A stretch of 64,000 bases of DNA. It comes from a virus. The translations under genes and the position numbers were made by a program. Positions 39,571 through 48,872 of this stretch are shown piece by piece (within the stretch, counting starts at the first letter, position 1; every line of letters begins with the position of its first letter). The DNA lies in the IMG/VR virus record IMGVR_UViG_3300028584_001237; one strand, given 5' to 3'. The notes under the pieces were generated by a model. It was not told the origin of the DNA, ran no database searches, and saw only the letters and a list, made by a program, of their open reading frames with translations.

Positions 39571-39963
39571 CTACACATTGTATTCGCCAAGAATCGTTAA
39601 AACAGTTTCTTTTCTTACCATTGAAATCGCCACACGATGGAATCCATCCCATAGAGCTAAAATATTTGATCGTTTTCCCACAATGATAGGATCTTGAACA
39701 CCATTCAGCAGCATGTCTTCATACATTTTCGCTCGACCAATATCTCCATCGGCCTTCAGAAAGGTGATTTCCTCATTAATCCAAATAGACGCCTCTTGCT
39801 CATCTTTAAAAGCATTAAGCATTTCTGGTGGAATTGAAACCAATGACCATGTAGCCAGAGCCACATCAAAAAAATCTGAACTGCCATCATCATGATCATT
39901 GAGATGACAACTAGCTTCTGCTGCCAGTTGTTCAGATGTTAAAGCAGTCCAGTTGAAAGACAT
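39571..39963 (-). CDS. ParB/sulfiredoxin-like domain protein
   Basis: G.QDPIIV......LWDGFHRV motif. Confidence 0.7.
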   Translation of the reverse strand: MSFNWTALTSEQLAAEASCHLNDHDDGSSDFFDVALATWSLVSIPPEMLNAFKDEQEASIWINEEITFLKADGDIGRAKMYEDMLLNGVQDPIIVGKRSNILALWDGFHRVAISMVRKETVLTILGEYNV

Positions 39964-39980
39964 TTAATCGCTCCAAATGC

Positions 39981-40520
39981 TTATTTTTTGTAGGTGATAA
40001 CTGTTTCTTCAAGTTTGTCAACAATAGCATACTCAACAAACTCAGTCCAATCAGAATTGCCATACAATGTTTGTTTAAACAACAAACCGCCAATGTCATA
40101 GACACTCTCGTAAGAGTTAACTTTATGCTCTGCAACCCAACCTGAAGTATAGATAGGTACCAATTGAGTGTCGTCATCATGATCGAAGTGTTCTGCTTTC
40201 AACGCTTCAGCTTGGGACTTCAAAGAAGCAATAGCTGGATAAGACACTACTTGTTCGGTGGTTTTCGTAACGAGATTGAACTTTGGCTTGTCGTATGTAT
40301 AACCACTGTGATAAGTGCCGGAACGGGCAAAACAAACCTCAAGAAACACATCTTCTTGGGGAATAGCGAACACATCACGTTTGTATTCGGACTTACGAGC
40401 GAGTTCCCACTCACCGTCGTGAACTTTTTTTAGTGCCACAACGACACCCGTATTGTCAGCGTTAACAACGACAACTTGTTTAACGAGTGCTTTCAAATCA
40501 ATAGTCATAATGCACCTCAA
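39981..40520 (-). CDS. conserved phage hypothetical protein
   Basis: ARSGTYHSGY motif; GAGG SD. Confidence 0.75.
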   Translation of the reverse strand: MRCIMTIDLKALVKQVVVVNADNTGVVVALKKVHDGEWELARKSEYKRDVFAIPQEDVFLEVCFARSGTYHSGYTYDKPKFNLVTKTTEQVVSYPAIASLKSQAEALKAEHFDHDDDTQLVPIYTSGWVAEHKVNSYESVYDIGGLLFKQTLYGNSDWTEFVEYAIVDKLEETVITYKK

Positions 40521-40535
40521 ATTTAGATAAATTAT

Positions 40536-40904
40536 TTAGTCTTTGCTGAAAAGTGAGCGAATCATGCCAATGAATGTTTTCTTTGGCTTTACAACGACTG
40601 GAAATTTAAGCTCATACAGCAACTTAAATACATCAGTAGCCAGTTGAGTGTGATCGAAATCACTCGAAATAAGGTTGGTTTGGAACTGCAAACCACCATA
40701 AACGACATGCTGTGGCAAACAATGCAGGCTAATCCAATCAAAGCATTCCTTGTGTTCAGCGTTCATTTTATCATAACGCGACTGCCAGAACATTCGCAGC
40801 ATATAAACAAAGCCTTCCTGCATTTCAGACTTTGTTTTCTGTGAAAAATAACGATCCAAAAACACCTGTACATTGGCTGGAATTTCGTCAAAAGACTTAA
40901 TCAT
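40536..40904 (-). CDS. hypothetical protein
   Basis: 122 aa, GAGG SD. Confidence 0.8.
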   Translation of the reverse strand: MIKSFDEIPANVQVFLDRYFSQKTKSEMQEGFVYMLRMFWQSRYDKMNAEHKECFDWISLHCLPQHVVYGGLQFQTNLISSDFDHTQLATDVFKLLYELKFPVVVKPKKTFIGMIRSLFSKD

Positions 40905-41028
40905 GAAAGAACCTCAATAGACTTGTTTTGATAAGGTATTATACAGCAAAACACAAGAAAAACCAACAAATTATAAAAAAACAGCACTCAAAAAAAATGA
41001 TTTATTTCTTGAAGATAACAATAAAAAG

Positions 41029-41057
41029 TTGCTTTCACCACCATATCCATGTATAAT
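41029..41057 (+). promoter_or_regulatory. sigma70-type promoter TTGCTT-N17-TATAAT
   Basis: read directly, upstream of the transglycosylase. Confidence 0.85.
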
Positions 41058-41143
41058 TTGTGGCCGTTAATTGAGCCATTCATTTTTAAAGATTTGATTT
41101 TTTTTGAAAATCGGTTAAATTAATAACTTCGGAGAAAAATATA

Positions 41144-41896
41144 ATGAACCACCTACAACGATTTAAAGTATTAACTCTATCAACATGCTTTGTCTTAATC
41201 ACCGCTTGCAGTCACACCCCGCCAAGTCAGATACAAGAAGTCATGCCAAAGGAAGTTGTAAAAAAGGAACAAGCAGTCAAACAACATAATAAAGTTGCTG
41301 TAATTGAATCGGTACCCACCAATACCAATGAGAATACGCAAGTTTCAACAGAATACAAAACATTTGTAAATAAAAATGGTAAAGCCATCGCAAAAAGAGC
41401 TTCTAATTCTTACCATAAAGGCATTCAATACAAAAGCTTCATTGAAAGTGTAGCTGAAAAACATGATTTGCCAGAAGAGATTTATGCATTAGCTGCAATT
41501 GAATCTGATTTCAACCCAAAGATTCGTTCAAGTGTTAACAGTGCTACTGGAATGTGGCAGTTAATGCCAGCATTAAGCCGTGACATGGGCTTAGTTGTAA
41601 ATAAGAAAGTAGATGAGCGTAAAGACTGGAAAAAGTCCACTGAAGCGGCTTTAAAACATCTTGGCAACAGTAAAGAACGTTTTCAAAGTGAAGAGTTAGC
41701 GGTATTGTCTTATTACAGTGGTGTTGGAAAAGTAAATAAAGCAGTGACCAAAAACAACTCAAACGATATCTGGGTTCTATTACAAGATAAAGAAACATTT
41801 GGAAAGAGTGAACGAGAATTTATATACAAATATATAGCTTATGCAAAAGAGTTTAAAAAATTAAATAATCATTATGATCAAATAGCAACAAAATAA
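41144..41896 (+). CDS. lytic transglycosylase (SLT/MltD-like) lipoprotein
   Basis: lipobox LITA-C; catalytic IES, ATGMWQLMP, YYSG.G motifs. Confidence 0.9.
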   Translation: MNHLQRFKVLTLSTCFVLITACSHTPPSQIQEVMPKEVVKKEQAVKQHNKVAVIESVPTNTNENTQVSTEYKTFVNKNGKAIAKRASNSYHKGIQYKSFIESVAEKHDLPEEIYALAAIESDFNPKIRSSVNSATGMWQLMPALSRDMGLVVNKKVDERKDWKKSTEAALKHLGNSKERFQSEELAVLSYYSGVGKVNKAVTKNNSNDIWVLLQDKETFGKSEREFIYKYIAYAKEFKKLNNHYDQIATK

Positions 41897-41946
41897 GAAA
41901 TAAACAAAAGGCCACTCAGAGTGGCCTTTTTTACATCTAGAAATTA

Positions 41947-42495
41947 TTAACTAAGCTTAGTTATCACTTTATCCATCGTTGCCTTAATATGAGGCCAGTA
42001 ATAGGTGTCATTATATTCATGTTCATAACTGGCATACATAACTTGAGCAAATCTAAGTGGTGTCATGCCATCAAGAATATTTTTTGTGAGCAAGCCGGTA
42101 TAAATTTTATCAATAAAACTGATGGTTGCCGTTTCAATGGAAGAAAACATATCTTCGCCAAAAATACGTTTTTGAATGTCCACAACATCAACAAGTGATT
42201 TATATTGTTTAATGTGGGTGTGAAGCAACATCGAAGACACTTTAAGAACAAGAGGTTCTTCTTCAATATCAGATTTAACACCAACATAAATAGATTCAAG
42301 CTCTGCTGCAATTACCAACTTGACATATTCCAAGTCATCCGAAACGACAGACCGCATCACATCCCAACGCCAACTAACAGGCTTATCAGGAGTTGTGCTG
42401 TGTTTTTTCAACACTTCGATCAAAGGAGCAATATCTTTAACTGGATTCTCTTTGATTGCTTTAAAGGCTGCTTCAAAATCCCGAACCATATCCAT
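41947..42495 (-). CDS. hypothetical protein
   Basis: 182 aa. Confidence 0.8.
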   Translation of the reverse strand: MDMVRDFEAAFKAIKENPVKDIAPLIEVLKKHSTTPDKPVSWRWDVMRSVVSDDLEYVKLVIAAELESIYVGVKSDIEEEPLVLKVSSMLLHTHIKQYKSLVDVVDIQKRIFGEDMFSSIETATISFIDKIYTGLLTKNILDGMTPLRFAQVMYASYEHEYNDTYYWPHIKATMDKVITKLS

Positions 42496-42620
42496 ACATC
42501 ACCTGTTTAATAGTAAACTGAGCCGTTATTATAACATAAACATCGCATACATGCACTGATTTTTTGCAATAAAAAAAGCACTCACTGAGTGCTTTATTTT
42601 TGTTTACTGATTAAGGTTTG

Positions 42621-43532
42621 TTACATCAACCCTTCATGCTTCAAGATGATAACCCGAGCAACTTTGATAGCATCTTCAAGCGAACCACGGAAGAAGGTCA
42701 AGAAACCACCTTTATGGCAGAAATAAAGCCCCGGAATGCCAGAAGCGAGTTCCAGTTCCTTCTCTTTCAAACCAAGCCAGTCTTTCGGTGCAGGACATTT
42801 CTGAGAAAAGTCGTTGCGTGGGTCAGTTGGCACAGTTTTAATCGCCCACATTCCGTTACTGTGTGGGTAGATAACCAGTGTTTTGTCAGTCAATTGAGCA
42901 ATACGCTTGGAAGCATCTTTAATGTTACTATCGCATACAACAATATCTTTGTAATCTTTGCTTTTTTCAATGGCTTTGACAATTTCTTTTTCAGCTTTCA
43001 TGTTGCCACGAACGTAAGCGAAGTAGTTTTTCAAGTAGTCTTTTGCAGCACGAGATGCCATTTTAAACTGGCGGTCTTGTGCCCGTGGGTCATCTGGTTT
43101 ACGGTTATACATGATAAGCAAAATCAATTCGGACATTTTTTCCAAACCGTTATCATGTTTATCGACACGACGAATCAAGTCGTTTTCAAAAATGTTCATT
43201 GTATCTTCGTTCATATGCTGGTGAAGTTTCTTTGTTTCACGCAACCATTTCCAAACGATACCGCAAGAAGAATAAGGCAAGCCATCAGGCCAGCAAAGGC
43301 TAGGATCATTCTGGTGATGGTCAAAGTTCAACATGGCCGGGTCATAAACACCACCCACATCAATAACAAAAGCTTCTGGATCTTTGCGGGCTTCGGCAAG
43401 AATTTTCTCATCACGGGTGCGGATCACTTCATATTTGCCATCGGTATTATCAAAGTGATACTCGCTCAAAAGAGCAATGGCGATAAGTTCGTCAATGTGA
43501 AATTGTTGAGAGTGAGTGAAAACTTTAAACAT
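42621..43532 (-). CDS. myg1: MYG1 family 3'-5' exonuclease
   Basis: TH...FHIDE, IRTRD, IDVGGVYDP...FDHHQ, SSCGIVW; start ATG 43532. Confidence 0.9.
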   Translation of the reverse strand: MFKVFTHSQQFHIDELIAIALLSEYHFDNTDGKYEVIRTRDEKILAEARKDPEAFVIDVGGVYDPAMLNFDHHQNDPSLCWPDGLPYSSCGIVWKWLRETKKLHQHMNEDTMNIFENDLIRRVDKHDNGLEKMSELILLIMYNRKPDDPRAQDRQFKMASRAAKDYLKNYFAYVRGNMKAEKEIVKAIEKSKDYKDIVVCDSNIKDASKRIAQLTDKTLVIYPHSNGMWAIKTVPTDPRNDFSQKCPAPKDWLGLKEKELELASGIPGLYFCHKGGFLTFFRGSLEDAIKVARVIILKHEGLM

Positions 43533-43627
43533 GGTCGTAATTCCTATGATGTTTGATGAAGCTATTCTATCAAAAAACAGAAAATTAAGCAATCAATAAG
43601 ATCACTAAATCATCTGTTTGCTGAAAA

Positions 43628-44005
43628 TTAGTAGAATGAGCGAATATATTGACGGGCTTGTGTCATGCTATTCAACAGGCACTCTGTTTTCTCGGAAAGA
43701 TTAACAAGGTTAATTTTATCACCTACTTGATCAAAACGAAACTTCACCCAGACCAGCAGTTCTGGACTCATCACATGCTCTTGTGTATAACTATCCGGTT
43801 CATAGGTAGCTTCACCGTTGATGCTAACGATACGTTCAAAGGCTGGAATAGAAATACGAGCCAGTCGAGCTAACGTTTGACCCAGTTGAACAGTTGTAAC
43901 GTTTTGAGAATCAGTATGACCAAACGTGTCATAAGCAGGGACAGCGTTAACCATCTCAGCATTAGCAGTCAAAGTTTCCATAAGTTCGTCAATGTCATTC
44001 ATCAT
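43628..44005 (-). CDS. hypothetical protein
   Basis: 125 aa. Confidence 0.75.
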   Translation of the reverse strand: MMNDIDELMETLTANAEMVNAVPAYDTFGHTDSQNVTTVQLGQTLARLARISIPAFERIVSINGEATYEPDSYTQEHVMSPELLVWVKFRFDQVGDKINLVNLSEKTECLLNSMTQARQYIRSFY

Positions 44006-44034
44006 TAATGCTCTATCAATAGAAGTGTAGGTCG

Positions 44035-44088
44035 ATTATACACAAAAGTGATATTTTAGACAAGAAAAAACCGCCTGAAAGACGGTTT
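44035..44088 (-). promoter_or_regulatory. terminator-promoter cassette (TTGTCT-N17-TATAAT)
   Basis: read directly. Confidence 0.85.
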
Positions 44089-44107
44089 AATTCGATGACG
44101 GTTTACT

Positions 44108-44473
44108 TTATTGCTTGTTTTTTAGTTGCATAAGACTTTGAATCTCAGTCGCAACAGCCGAACTTTGTTTTTTAATACTCAATTCTTTTGCAACCAATTT
44201 TTCAATTTCTTTGTCGATACGAGCGTTCATTTCAGCAGGCGTCTCGTCTCGAAAAGTAATGACTTCTTCGCTGATGTTGTTGTGACCCGCATCAAAGTTG
44301 ACTTTTGATTCGGTGCCGTAATCATCAACCAACGAATCGACCAGTTGCTTGATTTCACCCAGCGACTGACAATCAGTAATGCCTTTAACCAAAGAATGAC
44401 GGTCTTCAATTTTTTGTTTAATCATGAGATCGGCAATGATTACTGGTTGTTCAACATTTGCTTTACGAGTCAT
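44108..44473 (-). CDS. hypothetical protein
   Basis: 121 aa. Confidence 0.8.
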   Translation of the reverse strand: MTRKANVEQPVIIADLMIKQKIEDRHSLVKGITDCQSLGEIKQLVDSLVDDYGTESKVNFDAGHNNISEEVITFRDETPAEMNARIDKEIEKLVAKELSIKKQSSAVATEIQSLMQLKNKQ

Positions 44474-44492
44474 GGTAACACCTGTCTATTGA

Positions 44493-45035
44493 TTAATTAG
44501 TCGATAGTATAGCAGGATCATCGTCGTTATTCAAGTCTAAAAGCTTTTGATAGGTCTGAAAAAAGGCATCTCTTTCAATACGATAGACTTCTGGTATGAA
44601 TGCATCTGTTGTGGCAAGGAAATCACCCTTATGGACAATCATATCCTCATTCCAAGAGGCAGTAAACACCATGCTTTCACCCTGATACTCATAAGCAATA
44701 CAAGTGCCATTGGGTTCATAAGTTGAAAACTCAGCAGAAACAGGTTTGTTAACAGTATAACGAGCCTTAAACTTTTCTTGGCCTATGATATATTCTTCGC
44801 CTTTTAGACCTTTGATGACCACATCATTTTCTTTGGCAGTATTCTTGGTTTCAACTTTGCCATCAATAACCGTCACGATTTCTTCACCAACCTTAGCCAA
44901 CCGTGCCATAACAGAACCCACTTTTTTATAAAGATTAGTTAAATGAACGTTCTTTTTAAAGAGGTCAATCATGGATTTTTGATCGTTTGGAGTAACATCT
45001 TTATCAACAGACGAATTAAAGTTATTGTTATTCAT
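44493..45035 (-). CDS. PGDYG-like protein
   Basis: ET.N.AK..D.VIKG.KGE.Y.I...KF..RY; ASW...M....GDFL; YRI....F.QTY. Confidence 0.55.
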   Translation of the reverse strand: MNNNNFNSSVDKDVTPNDQKSMIDLFKKNVHLTNLYKKVGSVMARLAKVGEEIVTVIDGKVETKNTAKENDVVIKGLKGEEYIIGQEKFKARYTVNKPVSAEFSTYEPNGTCIAYEYQGESMVFTASWNEDMIVHKGDFLATTDAFIPEVYRIERDAFFQTYQKLLDLNNDDDPAILSTN

Positions 45036-45165
45036 ATATATCTCCTAGTAAGTTAACTAGAAAATATAACATATAAAAATAAATAATCTACTGCAGTAAA
45101 AAACCACTCATCAAAGAGTGGCTTATTTTTAATCTATACTATTTAACGTTTTTTTAAGTTTAACC

Positions 45166-45354
45166 TTAACGGACGAAAGAATTCATCACCTGTTCAGCGG
45201 CTTTCCGTGTAAGATAACCATCACTGAACGAGCAAGTAGGCACTTTAACCAGTGGGTTCTTGATGGTCTTCCAGAAAAAAAACAAGCGATATTGGCAGAA
45301 ATACCGTTGACGTTGAGCTTGGCGGTTAAAGACTTCTACAATTCTAGTTTTCAT
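45166..45354 (-). CDS. small hypothetical protein
   Basis: ATG 45354 after AAGG. Confidence 0.7.
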   Translation of the reverse strand: MKTRIVEVFNRQAQRQRYFCQYRLFFFWKTIKNPLVKVPTCSFSDGYLTRKAAEQVMNSFVR

Positions 45355-45364
45355 GGTAACACCT

Positions 45365-45628
45365 TTAAAATTTGTATTTACTGTGAACTTTATCAATGAA
45401 TGCTTCCAGTTTCTCACGACGATCACTGGTTGCATTATTCATGATCTCACGCAATTCAATCGACTTCTTTTTATAGACAGCCAACCACTCATGCAATTGT
45501 TCACCACACAACTGATGGTCAGCAAAATCACCAATGCGAGATACGCATTTTCTTGCTTTAACTTCAAGTTTATGGAGATGGATTTGCTGTTTGACGGAAT
45601 CAAACAAAGCCACAATTTTTTTAATCAT
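45365..45628 (-). CDS. hypothetical protein
   Basis: likely start ATG 45628. Confidence 0.7.
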   Translation of the reverse strand: MIKKIVALFDSVKQQIHLHKLEVKARKCVSRIGDFADHQLCGEQLHEWLAVYKKKSIELREIMNNATSDRREKLEAFIDKVHSKYKF

Positions 45629-45735
45629 GATGGTTGTACTCAAATAATGGGTTGCCTTTAATGAAGCCACTAGAATTAGTGGCTATTTATTAACAAGAAT
45701 TATAGCATTAAAATATATTTTTGACAAATATTTTT

Positions 45736-46227
45736 TTAGATTTTTTTCAAATCTTCTTTAACTTTGCTATAAACCGCCAGAATATCGTCCATTGTTGAAT
45801 TTTCATTCATCGTTTTAAGCCCTTCATGAAATTCTTCACGCTCTACCTTATGCTGTGATATTTGTTCCATAAGGGCTGGATACTGATCGCCAAATACCTC
45901 TCTGACAATTGGGTCAACATCAATAATAGCTGCATAACCATTGACCATTGATTGAACAAGATCCGCTTTGCAGCTCCACGTCATGTCGAGGGTGTTAAAA
46001 TGAAAGGAAAGCTGATGTCTAACATTCTCAGTAGCCACCAATTCTCTCAAACGAGTGTCTTGAAAAAATTGCATGGGTATCCACCATTTGTCAAATGAAT
46101 TATCATCGGCAATAACCGCTTTGATCATATCCATTTTTTGATCAATACTGGCAATTTTATAAGGCAGTTTTTGAATTTTTTTCATTTCTTCGCTACGAGT
46201 CATTTTAGAATCCTCAACCTTGAACAA
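45736..46227 (-). CDS. hypothetical protein
   Basis: 163 aa. Confidence 0.8.
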   Translation of the reverse strand: MFKVEDSKMTRSEEMKKIQKLPYKIASIDQKMDMIKAVIADDNSFDKWWIPMQFFQDTRLRELVATENVRHQLSFHFNTLDMTWSCKADLVQSMVNGYAAIIDVDPIVREVFGDQYPALMEQISQHKVEREEFHEGLKTMNENSTMDDILAVYSKVKEDLKKI

Positions 46228-46304
46228 GGTGATTGTTTAAACCAGTTATGAAAATCTTTTTCTATATAAGATAGTATGTAACCACCTATTAGAAATGATG
46301 ACTA

Positions 46305-46357
46305 ATTATAACACAAAGCAACAATTAAAGAAACAAAAAAAGAGGCCGAAGCCCCTT
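46305..46357 (-). promoter_or_regulatory. terminator-promoter cassette (GAGGCCGAAGCC hairpin; TG-TATAAT)
   Basis: read directly. Confidence 0.8.
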
Positions 46358-46713
46358 TATTCCTTGATGGTTACTCGCGGTTCAATACCTGTTGATTTTC
46401 CTGATGGAACAATAGCGTTGTCAGTAACTGCTTTACCGACAAAGTAAATGTAATGCTTCTCTACCGATGTGCCACACCCTTTGCAACGGTCATTGACGTA
46501 TTCAACGGTCACTCGTTTAATATCTTGACCATCATTAGTAACACCAATGAATTCTTCATTTTTGATGGATTCTTTATTTCTGTTTGGTGTATTCTCAATG
46601 AATGCTGAATAACTATCGGATCTACGGCCATCTTCAACCATAATAAAATAGCAACCAACAATCGCAACAACAACAAGAATCGCAAGTATTACACGTTTAC
46701 TGTTAATATTCAT
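46357..46713 (-). CDS. membrane-anchored protein
   Basis: N-terminal TM; CKGC. Confidence 0.8.
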   Translation of the reverse strand: MNINSKRVILAILVVVAIVGCYFIMVEDGRRSDSYSAFIENTPNRNKESIKNEEFIGVTNDGQDIKRVTVEYVNDRCKGCGTSVEKHYIYFVGKAVTDNAIVPSGKSTGIEPRVTIKE

Positions 46714-46734
46714 AAAAAATTCCTCGTATATTAA

Positions 46735-47019
46735 TTAAGTTTCAATATCAGATGATTGAAAAGTTTCAGCAGATGAAACCATTTTTTGAAGGGCAGCTTT
46801 TTCATGGAAACGGCTACGAGAACGAATGTATTTCTTGGCACCACGACGATCTTTTGCAATGCCACGTTTACCATTAGTGTGATCGCCACAAGTCGTATGT
46901 GCAGCTACATTGCGGTCAGACAATTCCAATTTCACACATTGACCGAAGACAATGTATCGACTAAAAACAGCCCGTGGAGATTTGGTGTCTTTAAAACCAC
47001 GTTTATGATTTGTCTTCAT
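46735..47019 (-). CDS. small basic phage protein
   Basis: 94 aa, GGAG SD. Confidence 0.75.
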   Translation of the reverse strand: MKTNHKRGFKDTKSPRAVFSRYIVFGQCVKLELSDRNVAAHTTCGDHTNGKRGIAKDRRGAKKYIRSRSRFHEKAALQKMVSSAETFQSSDIET

Positions 47020-47029
47020 GGTTGCTCCG

Positions 47030-47536
47030 TTATTCTGCGGTGATAGAATTAAAAACTAGCCAGCCTTCATAAGCTTTTTGAAAATTGGGAAGTGTGTAAC
47101 CACTGAAATCGCCTTTACGGTAGTGTGCAATGACATCAGGTTCAACTTTTAGTTGTTTCGCCGCTTCCGATTCAAACTTAACAAGAACTGGAATGTTTTT
47201 CAAGGCATCCTTACTAAACATTTCAGTTTCTTCGGTGGTGATAGCGATATTAAACGTCACAATAATCAATGGGTCAAGAATAGGGTAGTGATCGCGGCTT
47301 TGAACTTTTTCAATGGTTTCAACAGCACTATGAAAAGATTTGTAATACTGGATGCAGTCTCGATCCATTGAAGATTGTTCAAAGCAATAATCTGCATCGC
47401 TCAAAGGCAATTTACTAAAAAGGTCAGTGCCTTTTGGAATTTCCTGCATGGAAAGTCCCGACCAAGCAACATTAGTTAGAACTTTGTCACGGGTGGCATT
47501 GATGATTGCAAAAATTTTACGATTATAAGTATCCAT
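47030..47536 (-). CDS. hypothetical protein
   Basis: ATG 47536 after AAGGA; promoter near 47572-47600. Confidence 0.8.
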   Translation of the reverse strand: MDTYNRKIFAIINATRDKVLTNVAWSGLSMQEIPKGTDLFSKLPLSDADYCFEQSSMDRDCIQYYKSFHSAVETIEKVQSRDHYPILDPLIIVTFNIAITTEETEMFSKDALKNIPVLVKFESEAAKQLKVEPDVIAHYRKGDFSGYTLPNFQKAYEGWLVFNSITAE

Positions 47537-47672
47537 AGCAAAAATCCTTATCTTCAAATTTAGAACTAGATTATACCATAAATGTGCTGAATGGTCAAAG
47601 TTCTTTGTGAATGAACGCAAAAAAAGAGGCTTTTCATAGCCTCTTTGGTAATCTTAAAATCCTTTGTAAAGT

Positions 47673-48170
47673 TTAAGCGTGTTGACGCTCAAAATCAATC
47701 ACGTAGTGGGACATGCTGTTGAAAAGTGATCGTGGAATATCGCCCATGAAAGGGTTGCCTTTTGGATCAAGCATACCCGTTGCCAAGACGATATCCCCTT
47801 CTGCAAGTGACAAGCCCAGCACATTGCGTTCTAACACTGCTTTACTGAAAGCTTCAATGCCAGCAGGCGAAGCATTAGACAACTCATCAAAGATGAAAGC
47901 CAATTTCTTACCGTTTATTTCACGGGACCGACGTGCAGCTTCGATAAAATTAGGCAACAGCACTTCGCCATTGATTTGAGGATGAATGAGATCAGAGTAG
48001 TCAAGATGGGAAGTTGCAATACGATTCCCATAATAAACAGGGGCAGCAAAATGATCCATCAGGTAATTAACAGAACCATTACCGGGCCGTGACCAAACAA
48101 CGAAAGCTTTTTCTTTGTTTACATTATCAAGAAAACCAGCTTTAACAGTTTGGATTTTTTGCTTAGTCAT
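47673..48170 (-). CDS. degenerate MoxR-like AAA+ domain (Walker A Lys absent)
   Basis: VVWSRPGNGS, FIFDELSNASP, VLER...G..L..GDIVLATG. Confidence 0.6.
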   Translation of the reverse strand: MTKQKIQTVKAGFLDNVNKEKAFVVWSRPGNGSVNYLMDHFAAPVYYGNRIATSHLDYSDLIHPQINGEVLLPNFIEAARRSREINGKKLAFIFDELSNASPAGIEAFSKAVLERNVLGLSLAEGDIVLATGMLDPKGNPFMGDIPRSLFNSMSHYVIDFERQHA

Positions 48171-48283
48171 GGTGAAGTCCTCTATTCGATTGAATATACA
48201 GTATAGCAAAAAAAATGAAAAAATCAAAGTGAAAACAATAAAAAAGAGGCCATTAAGCCTCTTTTTTCTAGTGACAGCTTTTG

Positions 48284-48790
48284 TTATGCAGCCATTTTTT
48301 CATGATGAAGAACATAATGAGCAACCTTGTTCATCAACGGCATAGGGACAACATCATTAATCATGTTGCCTTCACTATCAAGTTTACCAACAGCCATGAC
48401 AATATCAGTTTCTTTCAAATCCATGCCACCAAATTTACGATTAACAACAGCGTCATAAAAAGCTCGTGAACCAGCAACAGTAGAACTCGACAAATCGTCA
48501 AAAATCAACACAAGTTTTTTACCTTCTCGTGCCTTATCAACAGCCTTCATTTCATTCGAAATGTGATGGCTGATTTTCTTGTCATCGCCAAGAACTGGAG
48601 GAGCCATGAATGTTTCATAATCCACTCGCTGCATAATAACACGCTGCACATGATATTCTGGTTTGTCGAAGTGGTTCACAACAGTTGCCAACGCACCAGT
48701 GCCTGCACCAGCCCAAACAACAGAGCTTACATTCAGGTTGATTTTGTCAAGAAAGTCAGCTTGTACAGTCGGGATATTTTTAGCGTTCAT
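48284..48790 (-). CDS. degenerate MoxR-like AAA+ domain, paralog of 47673..48170
   Basis: VVWAGAGTGA, LIFDDLSSS, VVNRKFGG..L.ETDIVMAVG. Confidence 0.6.
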   Translation of the reverse strand: MNAKNIPTVQADFLDKINLNVSSVVWAGAGTGALATVVNHFDKPEYHVQRVIMQRVDYETFMAPPVLGDDKKISHHISNEMKAVDKAREGKKLVLIFDDLSSSTVAGSRAFYDAVVNRKFGGMDLKETDIVMAVGKLDSEGNMINDVVPMPLMNKVAHYVLHHEKMAA

Positions 48791-48872
48791 GAAGGGTATT
48801 CCTCTATGTGATTTGAGAGTGGATTATAGCAAAATTTGAGTTTGTCGTCAACAGTTAACCATTGTTTTCTGT

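Noticed and set aside
39571-39963. ParB-like gene as evidence of a plasmid partition locus
   Set aside because: There is no HTH, no ParA neighbour and no parS-like repeats, so it cannot support a plasmid assignment.
28501-43556. Long plus-strand ORFs 28501..29172, 33576..34406 and 42618..43556
   Set aside because: They are antisense shadows of well-supported minus-strand genes (RNA ligase, 33564..34445, MYG1), with no SD or promoter and non-protein-like composition.
315-46357. Recurrent AAAAAGAGGCCGAAGCC repeat as a CRISPR array or integron attC sites
   Set aside because: Copies are separated by whole genes of very unequal length, form classic hairpin + U-tract terminators, and lack attC R/L box structure. 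There are no cas or integrase genes in the window.
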